DNA from: a virus | Lineage: Duplodnaviria; Caudoviricetes | Direction: 5' to 3' (one strand) | Virus record (IMG/VR): IMGVR_UViG_3300024275_000022 | Span: 1 to 28,950 of that record | DNA length: 28,950 nt | Part shown: piece after piece, positions 1 through 8,800 of the stretch | Position numbering within the stretch: position 1 is the first letter of the stretch | Layout: each line of letters opens with the position of its first letter | Made by a program: the position numbers and the translations under genes | Notes under the pieces: generated by a model | What the model was told of the DNA's origin: nothing | What the model saw: only the letters and a program-made list of their open reading frames with translations | The model's database searches: none

Positions 1-801
1 ACCGAGACGGCTGGAGTCGGCTGGAAGGTCGACACGGGGCAGTACTTCTGCGAGGTCTGGGGTGTCCACAAGGACATCGACGACCAGGTCCGCGCGAACG
101 CCGACAGCAACTGGCGGCTCGACTCGGACGCGACCACGTTCGTCACCAACCAGCTCCTGCTCCGCCGGGACCTGGACTGGAACGCGAAGTTCTTCACCAC
201 CGGGCAGTGGGGCACTGACCTCACCGGTGTGACCGGCACCCCCACCGCAGGGCAGTTCCTGCAGTGGAGTGACCCGGCCTCGGACCCGATCGTGCAGTTC
301 GCAGACCTGCAGACGAACTTCGTGGAGCAGTCAGGCCGCAAGGCCAACACGCTGGTCCTCGGTGCTCGGACGATCACCCAGCTGAAGAACCACCCGGACA
401 TCATCGACCGGATCAAGTACACCCAGCGTGGTGTCGTGACCACCGACCTCCTCGCGTCGCTCTTCGACGTCGAGCGGATCCTGGTCAGCTACGCGACGGT
501 GACTGGTGTGGCCGAGCTGAACGACGCGAAGGCGCAGGACGCTGCGGCGACCTACAGCTTCATGTCCAACTCCAAGTCGGCGCTGTTGGTCTACACCCCC
601 AGCTCGCCGTCTCTGATGACGCCTGCTGGTGGTTACACCTTCACCTGGAACGGGTACCTGGCTGGCAACAGCTACGGGATCCGGATGAAGAACTTCCGGA
701 TGGAGCCGATCGCGGCGGACCGCATCGAGGGCGAGATGACCTACGACATGCGGGTCGTCGCCAAGGACATGGGCATCTTCATGGCCAACGCGGTGGCGTA
801 G
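1..801 (+). CDS. Major capsid protein, 5'-truncated by the window edge (lambda gpE-like / HK97 fold)
   Basis: Frame 1 is open from base 1 (TETAGVGWKVDTGQYFCEVWGVHKDIDDQVRANAD...) to TAG at 799-801. Motifs WSDPASDPI, LKNHPDIIDRIKY, GGYTFTW and a terminal DMGIFMANAVA resemble gpE-type capsid proteins. It precedes a strong hairpin and the head-tail genes. Confidence 0.85.
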   Translation, partial: TETAGVGWKVDTGQYFCEVWGVHKDIDDQVRANADSNWRLDSDATTFVTNQLLLRRDLDWNAKFFTTGQWGTDLTGVTGTPTAGQFLQWSDPASDPIVQFADLQTNFVEQSGRKANTLVLGARTITQLKNHPDIIDRIKYTQRGVVTTDLLASLFDVERILVSYATVTGVAELNDAKAQDAAATYSFMSNSKSALLVYTPSSPSLMTPAGGYTFTWNGYLAGNSYGIRMKNFRMEPIAADRIEGEMTYDMRVVAKDMGIFMANAVA

Positions 802-814
802 TCGGATCTACTCT

Positions 815-850
815 GAGACGGGCTGTGGGTTTCGGCCCGCGGCCCGTCTC
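815..850 (+). terminator. Stem-loop after the capsid gene (terminator or mRNA stabiliser)
   Basis: GAGACGGGCTGTGGGT-TTCG-GCCCGCGGCCCGTCTC forms a 16-bp stem with three G-U pairs that work only on the + strand, plus a UUCG loop. There is no U-tract. Confidence 0.7.
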
Positions 851-865
851 TGGTTAGGAGCACAC

Positions 866-1402
866 ATGCCTCAGCTGCTGAAGAACGACGGGATCTCCTT
901 CGTCGCGGCCAAGAACTTCGTCTACGCCGGCGAGGAGTACGTGATGGGCCAGGAGTTCCCGCAGGAGGCTGCGCGGAACATCGAGACCCTGGTGCGTGCG
1001 CGGTTCGTGCTCCCGGTCCTCGAAGAGGGTCACCTGAAGCCCCGACACTGGCACACCCACGTCCGGACTCGCGAAGAGGCCGAGGAGTACCTGAACCGGG
1101 ACCGGGTGCAGCTGGTCTGGCCTGCTGAGCCGGACACCCAGGTGGACCTCAACGTGCTCACCAACCCTGAGCTCACTCCTGAGCCGGAGGGGGAGGGAAC
1201 CGATGTCCTGGCTCCTACTGAAGATTCTGCTGAAGAGTCTGATCCTGAGCCTCCGGAGAGCCTGGAGGAGACCTACGACCCGGCTGAGCACAACGTAGAC
1301 GCGGTCAACGAGTACATCGCTGAGCACCCGGAGCAGAAGGACGAGATCCTGGCGATGGAGCGTGCTGGGCGCGGGCGCAAGGGAATCCTGGGAGACGAGT
1401 GA
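866..1402 (+). CDS. Hypothetical head-associated protein (acidic linker, short C-terminal helical domain)
   Basis: 178 aa. RBS AGGAG at 856-860; TGATG coupling to the next gene; located directly after the capsid gene. Confidence 0.75.
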   Translation: MPQLLKNDGISFVAAKNFVYAGEEYVMGQEFPQEAARNIETLVRARFVLPVLEEGHLKPRHWHTHVRTREEAEEYLNRDRVQLVWPAEPDTQVDLNVLTNPELTPEPEGEGTDVLAPTEDSAEESDPEPPESLEETYDPAEHNVDAVNEYIAEHPEQKDEILAMERAGRGRKGILGDE

Positions 1403-1716
1403 TGGAGAGCGCATTCGGGATCGACCACGGTCCGGAGGAGATCGCGAAGTTCGGTCTGGGCAGCGTCGGCGGGATGGTCGGCGGAGCAGCCAGGCTGGGT
1501 GCGAAGAAGACCGGCCAGCTGGCCAACAAGGTGCCCGCGAACAAGTTCGGGGCTGGGCCGGCGAAGGCTGGTCTGATCGGAGCTGGGCGTGGTCTGAAGA
1601 AGGTCAGCGGGTTCGCTGCCCAGCGTCCCAACCTGACCGGCGGTCTCGGTGTCGGTGCTGCAGCGACTGGCGTTGGTGGCGCAGGAGGCATGTTCGCGAA
1701 CCGTAGGCGGCAGTGA
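1402..1716 (+). CDS. Small basic Gly-rich protein with SAFG-x-x-H...EIxK N-terminal tag (copy 1)
   Basis: ATG at 1402 overlaps the upstream TGA. Begins MESAFGIDHGPEEIAK; paralogous to the next ORF. Confidence 0.8.
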   Translation: MESAFGIDHGPEEIAKFGLGSVGGMVGGAARLGAKKTGQLANKVPANKFGAGPAKAGLIGAGRGLKKVSGFAAQRPNLTGGLGVGAAATGVGGAGGMFANRRRQ

Positions 1717-2045
1717 TGGAGTCTGCCTTCGGGATCGACCACGGTGAGATCAGCAAGGTCAAGGGTCCACCGAAACTGACTGGTGTCACTGGACGACTCA
1801 CGGGTGCCCAGGTCCGCACAGCAGGCCAGGGAGCTCCCTCGCGCACGTCGAAGACGAAGCGTGCGCTGCACAAGATCGGTGAGGCTGACATCTCGCTGAA
1901 GGGCCTCGGCGGTGCTGCTGGTAGGGGTCTGAAGGGCACAGGATCGTTCCTGGAGAACCGACCCGGTCTCACCGGTACAGCACTGGTGGGAGGAGGCGGC
2001 GCAGCGGGCTACAAGTACCTCAGCAACAAGGAGCCCAAGCGCTGA
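1716..2045 (+). CDS. Small basic Gly-rich protein with SAFG-x-x-H...EIxK N-terminal tag (copy 2)
   Basis: TGATG coupling at both ends. Begins MESAFGIDHGEISK; shares AGRGLK...F...RPxLTG with copy 1. Confidence 0.8.
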   Translation: MESAFGIDHGEISKVKGPPKLTGVTGRLTGAQVRTAGQGAPSRTSKTKRALHKIGEADISLKGLGGAAGRGLKGTGSFLENRPGLTGTALVGGGGAAGYKYLSNKEPKR

Positions 2046-2557
2046 TGCCTACCTACAGCTACGAAGCCCCAGGCCTCTCCGAGACCGACACCCTGCGGTT
2101 CCTGATCCAGGACACCGACCCGTACCACGCGGGTGAGTGGCTGCTCTCCAACGAGGAGATCGACTACGCCTACGACACCTGGTACCCGCTCTACAACAGC
2201 TACGAGTACGTCGCGGCCACCCTGGCGGACACGATCGCGGCCAGGTACGCGCGTGAGGCGTCCTACTCCGCTGACGGAGTGAGTGTCTCGCTGGGCCCAG
2301 TCGGCGAGCAGTACCGCGCGCTGGCCATGCAGCTGCGTCAGTCGTACGCCGCGGAGAAGGTGGGGACGATCCCCTCTGCCGGCGGGATCGAGCCCAACGA
2401 GTGCCTGGAGCCGGACACCAAGCCGTTCAGCTTCGGCAAGGGCATGCACGACAACCTGGAGGCTGGAGCTCAGGAGTTCGGTGGGGTCTACCCGCCGGAC
2501 ATCCCGGTCACCGGGAACATGAACGTGCCTGACTCCGAGAAGATCGTCGAGCCATGA
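2045..2557 (+). CDS. Head-to-tail adaptor (connector) protein
   Basis: 170 aa. LRFLIQDTD...LLSNEEI resembles phage adaptor proteins; gene order fits. Confidence 0.7.
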   Translation: MPTYSYEAPGLSETDTLRFLIQDTDPYHAGEWLLSNEEIDYAYDTWYPLYNSYEYVAATLADTIAARYAREASYSADGVSVSLGPVGEQYRALAMQLRQSYAAEKVGTIPSAGGIEPNECLEPDTKPFSFGKGMHDNLEAGAQEFGGVYPPDIPVTGNMNVPDSEKIVEP

Positions 2558-2787
2558 GCTACAACAAGGAGAAGTACGAAGCCCTGCGTGGCGCTGGAGT
2601 GTCGGCCAAGCTCGCTCTGGCACTGACCCAGGACACCGTCCCCAACATCGGAGCTGACCCAGACCGGAGGGTCCCGCACCCGCCGATCGAGAAGCTGCCG
2701 GAGAACGCCAACCAGAAGCAGAACTCCGAGAAGCTCAACGAGATCATCGACGTCCTCAACGAGGTGCTGGAGTTCGAGGGGTCATGA
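2554..2787 (+). CDS. Hypothetical protein
   Basis: 77 aa; ATGA overlaps at both ends. Confidence 0.7.
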   Translation: MSYNKEKYEALRGAGVSAKLALALTQDTVPNIGADPDRRVPHPPIEKLPENANQKQNSEKLNEIIDVLNEVLEFEGS

Positions 2788-2984
2788 CCAGCGCGTTCGG
2801 GGTGGAGCACGAGATCTCGAAGTTCGCCGTGAAGCGGGTCAAGAAGCCCAAGGGCAAGCTGATGAAGGTGAAGACAGGAGCAGTGAACGCCACCCATCGG
2901 ATGGTGGCGGTAGGTGCCGGCCCCTCCCCGACTGGAGTAGCTCTCCGGTCGATCACACCCCTGCGAGCAGTCCTTGGCCACTAG
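2784..2984 (+). CDS. Small Lys-rich protein with SAFG-x-x-H-EISK N-terminal tag (copy 3)
   Basis: 66 aa; ATGA coupling; begins MTSAFGVEHEISK followed by a highly basic segment. Confidence 0.7.
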   Translation: MTSAFGVEHEISKFAVKRVKKPKGKLMKVKTGAVNATHRMVAVGAGPSPTGVALRSITPLRAVLGH

Positions 2985-3390
2985 CCCGATCTCCGCGTAC
3001 GCACGGCAGTGGGTCCGGAACCGGGCCACTGCGGTGATGGAGTACACCTGTCGGATCGAGCGCTCAGGAGTCCCTGAGGGCTACGACGAGGACACCCTGA
3101 TCTACACCGCCGAGGGTGTGGCCACGGTCGTCTACGAGGGCGTCTGCAGGATCTGGGAGGTAGCCAGTGCCCAGTCGGTGGTCGTGGGGGACACCGACAT
3201 CTACCAGATGAACACCAACCTCTCGATCCCCTGGGACACTCCCGAGGAGGTCAAGCGCTACGACCAGGTGACGATCCTGACCGCTCCCCAGGACTCTCAG
3301 ATGGTCGGGAAGCGCTACGAGATCCAGACCGTGGCCAAGGCCGGAGAGCTCCGGGCCACGCGCCGGTTCGAGGTCACCGGGATCATGTAG
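2974..3390 (+). CDS. Head-to-tail stopper / head closure protein (DUF6093-like)
   Basis: 138 aa with an uncertain TTG start. Beta-rich pattern (CRIER...VVYEGVCRI...YDQVTIL...RYEIQTV); lies between the adaptor and the gp10-like gene. Confidence 0.65.
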   Translation: MATSPISAYARQWVRNRATAVMEYTCRIERSGVPEGYDEDTLIYTAEGVATVVYEGVCRIWEVASAQSVVVGDTDIYQMNTNLSIPWDTPEEVKRYDQVTILTAPQDSQMVGKRYEIQTVAKAGELRATRRFEVTGIM

Positions 3391-3845
3391 TGGGAGCGAT
3401 CGGGCAGGCAGACATCTCCAAGCTGGCGCAGGCGCTCCGGCAGACCGCTCACGACTCCGGGATCACCACTCAGCAGGTGCTGATCCAGAGCGCCAACCAG
3501 ATCCTGGCGGAGATGGAGGCACTGGTCCCGGTGGACACCGGGAAGCTCCGCGGCTCCCTGCAGATCCGAGTCGAGACCGACCGGGTCACCATCGGCCCGA
3601 ACGAGAACATCGCTCCGTACGGCGGCTACGTGGAGTTCGGGACGAAGCCGCACGTCATCCGACCGAGGAACCCAGGTGGCGTCCTGGTCTTCAAGATGAA
3701 CGGGATGACGGTCTACGCCAAGAAGGTGAACCACCCAGGGACCCAAGCACAGCCGTACGTCCGCCCTGCGTTTGAGGCATGGGTGGACTCGCTTGGGACG
3801 ATGGCAGCAGAAGCCAACGTCAAGGTGCTGAAGGACAATGCCTAG
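3390..3845 (+). CDS. HK97 gp10-like neck / tail completion protein
   Basis: Family motifs VPVDTGKLRGS, YGGYVEFGT and HPGTQAQPYVRPAF. Confidence 0.85.
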   Translation: MGAIGQADISKLAQALRQTAHDSGITTQQVLIQSANQILAEMEALVPVDTGKLRGSLQIRVETDRVTIGPNENIAPYGGYVEFGTKPHVIRPRNPGGVLVFKMNGMTVYAKKVNHPGTQAQPYVRPAFEAWVDSLGTMAAEANVKVLKDNA

Positions 3846-4302
3846 CTCCATCTCACGAGGACCGATCACCACTCGCCTGCTGGGCGAGCTGGTGACCGAG
3901 GGCTTCCCCGTGGGCGACAACGCTTCGCCGACTGCCCCGTTCGGGTGGCAGGGAGAGCCGAACGAGCCCGGGACCACCTTCACCCCGTGGCTCTCCCTGT
4001 CACCTGGAGCAGCCAGTCTCCAGGCCCCGTCAGGAGCCATGGGAGACAGCCAGTCCGAGTGGCGACTGTCCTACTCGGTGGTCTACGCCGGCATCTCCAG
4101 GAAGCAGACGGAGGCGCTGGCTGACCGGATGAGGATGAACCTGACGAACATCGTCAGGGAGAACGTGGACTCCGACACAGGTCCGTGGCGGATCCAGAAG
4201 ATCACGTGCACCACGATCGGCAACACCAACCGGATCGGGTCTGCCTATCCGGACTACTTCACACAAGCAGACTCGTTCGAGGTCTGGGTCACGAAGGGAT
4301 AG
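3838..4302 (+). CDS. Tail terminator protein (putative)
   Basis: 154 aa between the gp10-like gene and the tail tube; assigned mainly from synteny and size. Confidence 0.6.
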   Translation: MPSSISRGPITTRLLGELVTEGFPVGDNASPTAPFGWQGEPNEPGTTFTPWLSLSPGAASLQAPSGAMGDSQSEWRLSYSVVYAGISRKQTEALADRMRMNLTNIVRENVDSDTGPWRIQKITCTTIGNTNRIGSAYPDYFTQADSFEVWVTKG

Positions 4303-4305
4303 AAC

Positions 4306-4509
4306 ATGCCACGAGCACAGCAGATCAAGATCACCAAGGACGACCAGGAGGGTTTCGTCCTGAAGGAGTCCCTGGCCGCCTGGGAGCGCAACGGCTGGAC
4401 GGTTGCGGATGATGAGAGTAGTGAGGCAGAAGCTGCTGAGGTCACCGACAAGCCGTTGGAGACCCAGGCTGCCGCCACGAAGAAGACGACCACGAGGAAG
4501 GCTGACTGA
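4306..4509 (+). CDS. Small hypothetical protein
   Basis: 67 aa; purine-rich RBS GAAGGGA upstream; TGATG coupling to the tail tube gene. Confidence 0.7.
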   Translation: MPRAQQIKITKDDQEGFVLKESLAAWERNGWTVADDESSEAEAAEVTDKPLETQAAATKKTTTRKAD

Positions 4510-4988
4510 TGGCCCGGATCATCCCGAATGAGAACACCTGGATCGGGTTCTCCATCGCCTCGATCGCCGACATCGAGGCACCCACTTCTGCGCAGGTGGC
4601 CGCTGCTATCGACCTCACCGGCTTCTGCATCAGCTTGAACGCCAGCTCGCGTGGCAACACGGTGCCCACTCCCGCGTTCGACAGCCTCTTCGAGACCAGC
4701 ACTGCTGGCACCTCGGCAGCGACCTTCGACGCGGACTTCTACCGAGACGACGACACAGACACCGCCTGGGAGACCCTCCCGCGTGGTACTCGTGGGTTCT
4801 TCATCATCGCCCGGTTCGGTGGGACTGGTGCTGACAACCTCCCGCTCGCCGGCGACGAGGTCGAGGTCTGGCCGGTGATGGTGACCTCGCGCACGATGGC
4901 GAACATGAGCTCCAACACGGTGCTCACCTTCACCGCGTCGTGCTCGGTCAACGTCGAGCCGGCTGAGGCTGCGATCGTAGCTGCGTAG
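4509..4988 (+). CDS. Major tail (tail tube) protein
   Basis: 159 aa. IADIEAPTSAQVAAAIDLT...GDEVEVWPV resembles actinophage tube proteins; followed by a hairpin, the chaperone and the tape measure gene. Confidence 0.85.
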   Translation: MARIIPNENTWIGFSIASIADIEAPTSAQVAAAIDLTGFCISLNASSRGNTVPTPAFDSLFETSTAGTSAATFDADFYRDDDTDTAWETLPRGTRGFFIIARFGGTGADNLPLAGDEVEVWPVMVTSRTMANMSSNTVLTFTASCSVNVEPAEAAIVAA

Positions 4989-4994
4989 ACACAT

Positions 4995-5040
4995 CCTGGC
5001 GGAGGGATAGCATCGGATCGACTACATCCCTCCGCCTAGG
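4995..5040 (+). terminator. Stem-loop after the tail tube gene
   Basis: GGCGGAGGGAT (4998-5008) is a perfect inverted repeat of ATCCCTCCGCC (5026-5036); no U-tract. Confidence 0.6.
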
Positions 5041-5049
5041 AAGCGACCG

Positions 5050-5484
5050 ATGCCCAACACCACCGCGAAGACCGTCGAGGCTCGCCAGAAGCAGTCCAAC
5101 GCATCCAAGCGCGCCACTCTCGATCAGCTCGTCAACAAGCCCCGCTCGGTCACCGAGTTCTCGCTGTTCCTCTCAGACGGGAACGGTGGCACCAACGAGG
5201 TCACTCTGAAGTACCAGGCGATCGGGATGAGGGCGTACGACCGTCTGGTGAGCAAGCACCCGCCGAAGCCGGAGCAGCGCGCGGAGGGCTCCAGCTTCGA
5301 CATCGACACCTTCGCGCCGGCGCTGATCGCCGCCTGCTCGGTGGAGCCCGAGCTGTCACCCTCCGAGGCCAAGGCCATCTGGGACTCAGACGACTGGTCG
5401 CGCGGGGACGTGATGGTGCTGTTCCGCAACGCGGTTGAGCTCAACAACCGGGGGCTGGACATCCCTTTCAGCGTGAGCGGCTGA
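5050..5484 (+). CDS. Tail assembly chaperone (gpG-like, short form)
   Basis: 144 aa between the tail tube and tape measure genes; ends just after a slippery heptamer. Confidence 0.85.
   Translation: MPNTTAKTVEARQKQSNASKRATLDQLVNKPRSVTEFSLFLSDGNGGTNEVTLKYQAIGMRAYDRLVSKHPPKPEQRAEGSSFDIDTFAPALIAACSVEPELSPSEAKAIWDSDDWSRGDVMVLFRNAVELNNRGLDIPFSVSG
5463..5469 (+). promoter_or_regulatory. Programmed -1 ribosomal frameshift site C CCT TTC
   Basis: X XXY YYZ heptamer in the correct phase (atC CCT TTC). The -1 frame is open (QRERLRKDRNFYLEMSYC...) to TAG at 5835-5837. Confidence 0.8.
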
Positions 5485-5837
5485 GGAAGGACCGCAACTT
5501 CTACCTAGAGATGTCCTACTGCTTCGAGCATGCGATCCCGCACTCGAAGTTCCTGAAGTGGGATCCAGAGGACAGAGCGAAGGTTCTGGCCTTCGCGTTC
5601 GAGCAGAACCTGCGGTGCAGCATGTGTGGCACAGCGCCATGGGAGTGGGAGGAGAACAAGTTCGCGTTCACAGCGGTCGATGAGTTCTGTCAGGGTTGCT
5701 ACCAGAAGTCGATCTTCGGCGACACGCAGGGCTCGTCACTCCCGGGGACCAATGTCAAACTGATCCCGACCACCCCGCAGCTGACCGCGCAGATGGCCAT
5801 CAAGGCCAAGAAACGCAGATCGCTGAAGATGGAGTAG
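5469..5837 (+). CDS. Tail assembly chaperone, frameshifted C-terminal part (gpGT-like; fusion of about 262 aa from 5050)
   Basis: The -1 frame continuation contains the listed ORF 5511-5837 and two CxxC motifs (CSMC, CQGC). Confidence 0.8.
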   Translation, partial: QRERLRKDRNFYLEMSYCFEHAIPHSKFLKWDPEDRAKVLAFAFEQNLRCSMCGTAPWEWEENKFAFTAVDEFCQGCYQKSIFGDTQGSSLPGTNVKLIPTTPQLTAQMAIKAKKRRSLKME

Positions 5838-5840
5838 CGC

Positions 5841-8800
5841 GTGACGGCTCAGCCGGTTGAAGCCAACGTCGTACTGACTACAGACAACAGTCAGTACGAC
5901 CAGGCGATGGACCAGTCGGCTCAGTCCACCAACAACCTCGCCAAGTCCGTCGACACCCTCGGCACCAAGATCAACAACCTGGCCAAGTCCGCTGGCCGGA
6001 AGATGCTCGGGATCACGGTCGCCGACGTCGCCGTGATCACCGGTGCCACCGCAGCCTGGGCCAGCTACGAGAAGCAGATGTCTCGACTGCAGGCCCAGGC
6101 TGCGATCACCACCCGTTCTCGTGAGCAAGAGAACCGGGTGATGAAGGACTACACCGCCTCGGTGAAGAACCTGAGGTCGGAGTACGGCACCACCACCCAA
6201 GAGGCTGCGGCGCTGACCCAGCAGATCTCCAAGCTGAGCGACCAGACCCGCCCGATCAAGGACCTCTCGGACACCTTCGAGCAGATGTCCAAGGCGACGG
6301 GTGAGAGCTCCACCGGTCTGGCGAACAGCCTGCTGAACCTGCAGAAGATCATGGGGACCCCGCAGTCCCAGACCAAGAACTACGCCGACCAGCTGACCTA
6401 CCTGGCGGCCAAGAGCAACACCTCGGCTACAGCTCTGGCTGACTTCACCGCCCAGATCGCGCCCATGGGTCGCGCGATGGGGATGAGCCAGACCCAGGTC
6501 ACTGGCTTCTCGAACATGTTCGTCAAGGCTGGTCAGGACGGGTACTCCGCGGCCACCGCCTTCAACAAGGTCGCCCAGGACATCACCCAGGCGGTGCAGA
6601 CCGGGTCACCCGACCTGCACAAGTACGCGAACATCCTGGGGATCACGGTCGAGCAGTTCAAGGGACTTTCAGGCGCTGAGCAGGTCGCCGGCTTCCTGGA
6701 CCAGATCGCCAAGCTCGGTCCACGAGCAGCCCAGGAGCTGAACCGGTTCGGGCTCGACGGAGTCCGGATGTCCCGGGCCATCACCGGTACCGTGCAGGCC
6801 TCTGGCGGGGCCATGAACGCCCTGCGCGAGGCGAACATCGGCTACGGGTCGGACTCGGTCGCCAAGGGCGCTGAGGCCGCCGAGACCATGTCCGACACCA
6901 TGGCTCGGCTGCGCCAGGACGTGCAGCAGACAGCCGAGTCCTTCGGCAAGGCCTTCGGGCCTGGGATCGACCTGGTGCTGCGTCAGGTGGAGAAGCTGGC
7001 CTCTGGCTTCCAGAACCTGATGGACGGCCCGCTCGGCAAGTTCCTCCAGGTGGTCGCAGCGGTGGTGATCCCAGTGACAGCAGCAGCTGGGGCCCTGCTG
7101 CTGCTGTCCGGGACGATCCTGAAGCTGGCTGCTGCCTTCACCGTCCTCCGTGGTTCTCCGATGCTGGGTGTGTTCGAGGGCTGGAAGGGCGGAGCCCAGA
7201 TCGTCCCGGAGATGGCGAACGGGATCCGGACTGGTGAGTTCGTGGCCCAGGGCACCGGCGTCCTGGGTCGTCGCGGTGCTCAGATCGCGGAGGGTGGCAC
7301 CTGGGCTCAGCGTGGGCTGTACAACATGGGCCAGGGCTTCGGGTCCACTGCTCGCGCCGGCTGGCGAGGACTGGGTCGGCTGGGTGCTGACGACGGTGGC
7401 CCGAACATCTGGACCCGTGGTGGAGCAGCTGGCCTGCGGTTCGGCGGCGAGGCCTTCCGGACCCAGCTGGATGCGATGCGGTACGCCAACCCCGCCGACC
7501 GCTCCCAGTTCTTCGCCCGTCACTTCATGGGACGCGGAGCAGACGTAGAAGGTGCGGTGGTCGCCACCAACGTCGCGCGCCAGCGAGCCACCGACACGAT
7601 GACGGCCTTCAACGCGACCCGGGGTGCAGCTCCCGAGGAGCGGGAGGCGGCCAAGAAGCTGGCCGCTGAGGCCCAGAAGCAGGTGGCTGCTGCTGAGACT
7701 GCGGAGAAGGCGGTGCTGTCCAACGCTGCCGCCCAGATGAAGGCTGCGGAGGGGATCACCAAGTCCGGGGCTGCGGTGAACACCACCTTCGCTGCGCTGC
7801 GAGCTGAGGGAGCCTCGCTGGCTGCAGCGTTCGCTGGCGCAGCACGAGGCGGGATCGGCGCTGGTCTGGGTGCTGCTGGGCGTGGGATCGCTGGTGCTGC
7901 CTCGGCGATGGGTCCGCTCAACATCGCGTTGCTCGGCTCGATGCTGCTGCCGTTGGCCATCCCGCTGATCCAGAAGTTCCTGCCGAAGCGGGAGGAGGTG
8001 CAGAACTTCTCCGGGTTCGGCGCTGCGTACTCCGAGGCTGCGGGAGTCACTCCACCCACCGGGTCGGCTGCGATCTTCCGGGCTGCCCGCGGCCCCGCAC
8101 GCACGATGCGTGCTGCCACCTCGTTCAGCCAGGTGAACGTCGCGGCTGCCACCGCACCTGACTACAAGCTGAACGAGGCGGGGCTGAAGGGTCTCTCCGC
8201 TGCTCAGGCCACCACCCTGCTGGGCACTCGGTGGAGCTCGATCAAGAACAGCCCGGAGGCAGTGGGTCAGGTCCGGGACGATCTGATCAACCAGTTCGGG
8301 GTCGAGGGAGCCCAGAAGATCCTGGGTGACCTGCAGGCTGGTGCCACTGGGGGAGGCCTGGCTGGGCTCTACAGCCAGATCAACGCCGGCCAGGACACCG
8401 GGACCAACATCGGTCTGGTCGGCGAGGTGATGACCTCCCAGATGCGTCAGGCGGCCCAGGCGCGAGGTCCGGCTGGACAGTTCCAGGCGCAGGCGCGTGG
8501 GCTCAGCTCGATGCTCGGCGCTACGTTGACCAGCGGTCGCTCGCAGGAAGACATGCTGAAGGAGCTGAACCAGACCTTCGGTCTGGACATCGGTGACGAC
8601 ATCTTCAACAAGGCCCGGACCCGCGCCCAGGTCACTGGTCAGACCGGGATGCAGCCGGCTCAGATCCAGGCGCAGGAGCGGGCCGGGACCCTGGTCACTG
8701 CCGAGTCGCTGGCGGCGATGCCTCGGGCTCAGCAGCTGAAGTGGCTGATCGAGAACTCCTCGGGTGACCAGGCGGACAAGATCCGGGCTTCTCTGAACAT

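Noticed and set aside
229-801. ORF-track start of the capsid gene at 229
   Set aside because: The frame is open back to base 1, so the real start lies outside the window.
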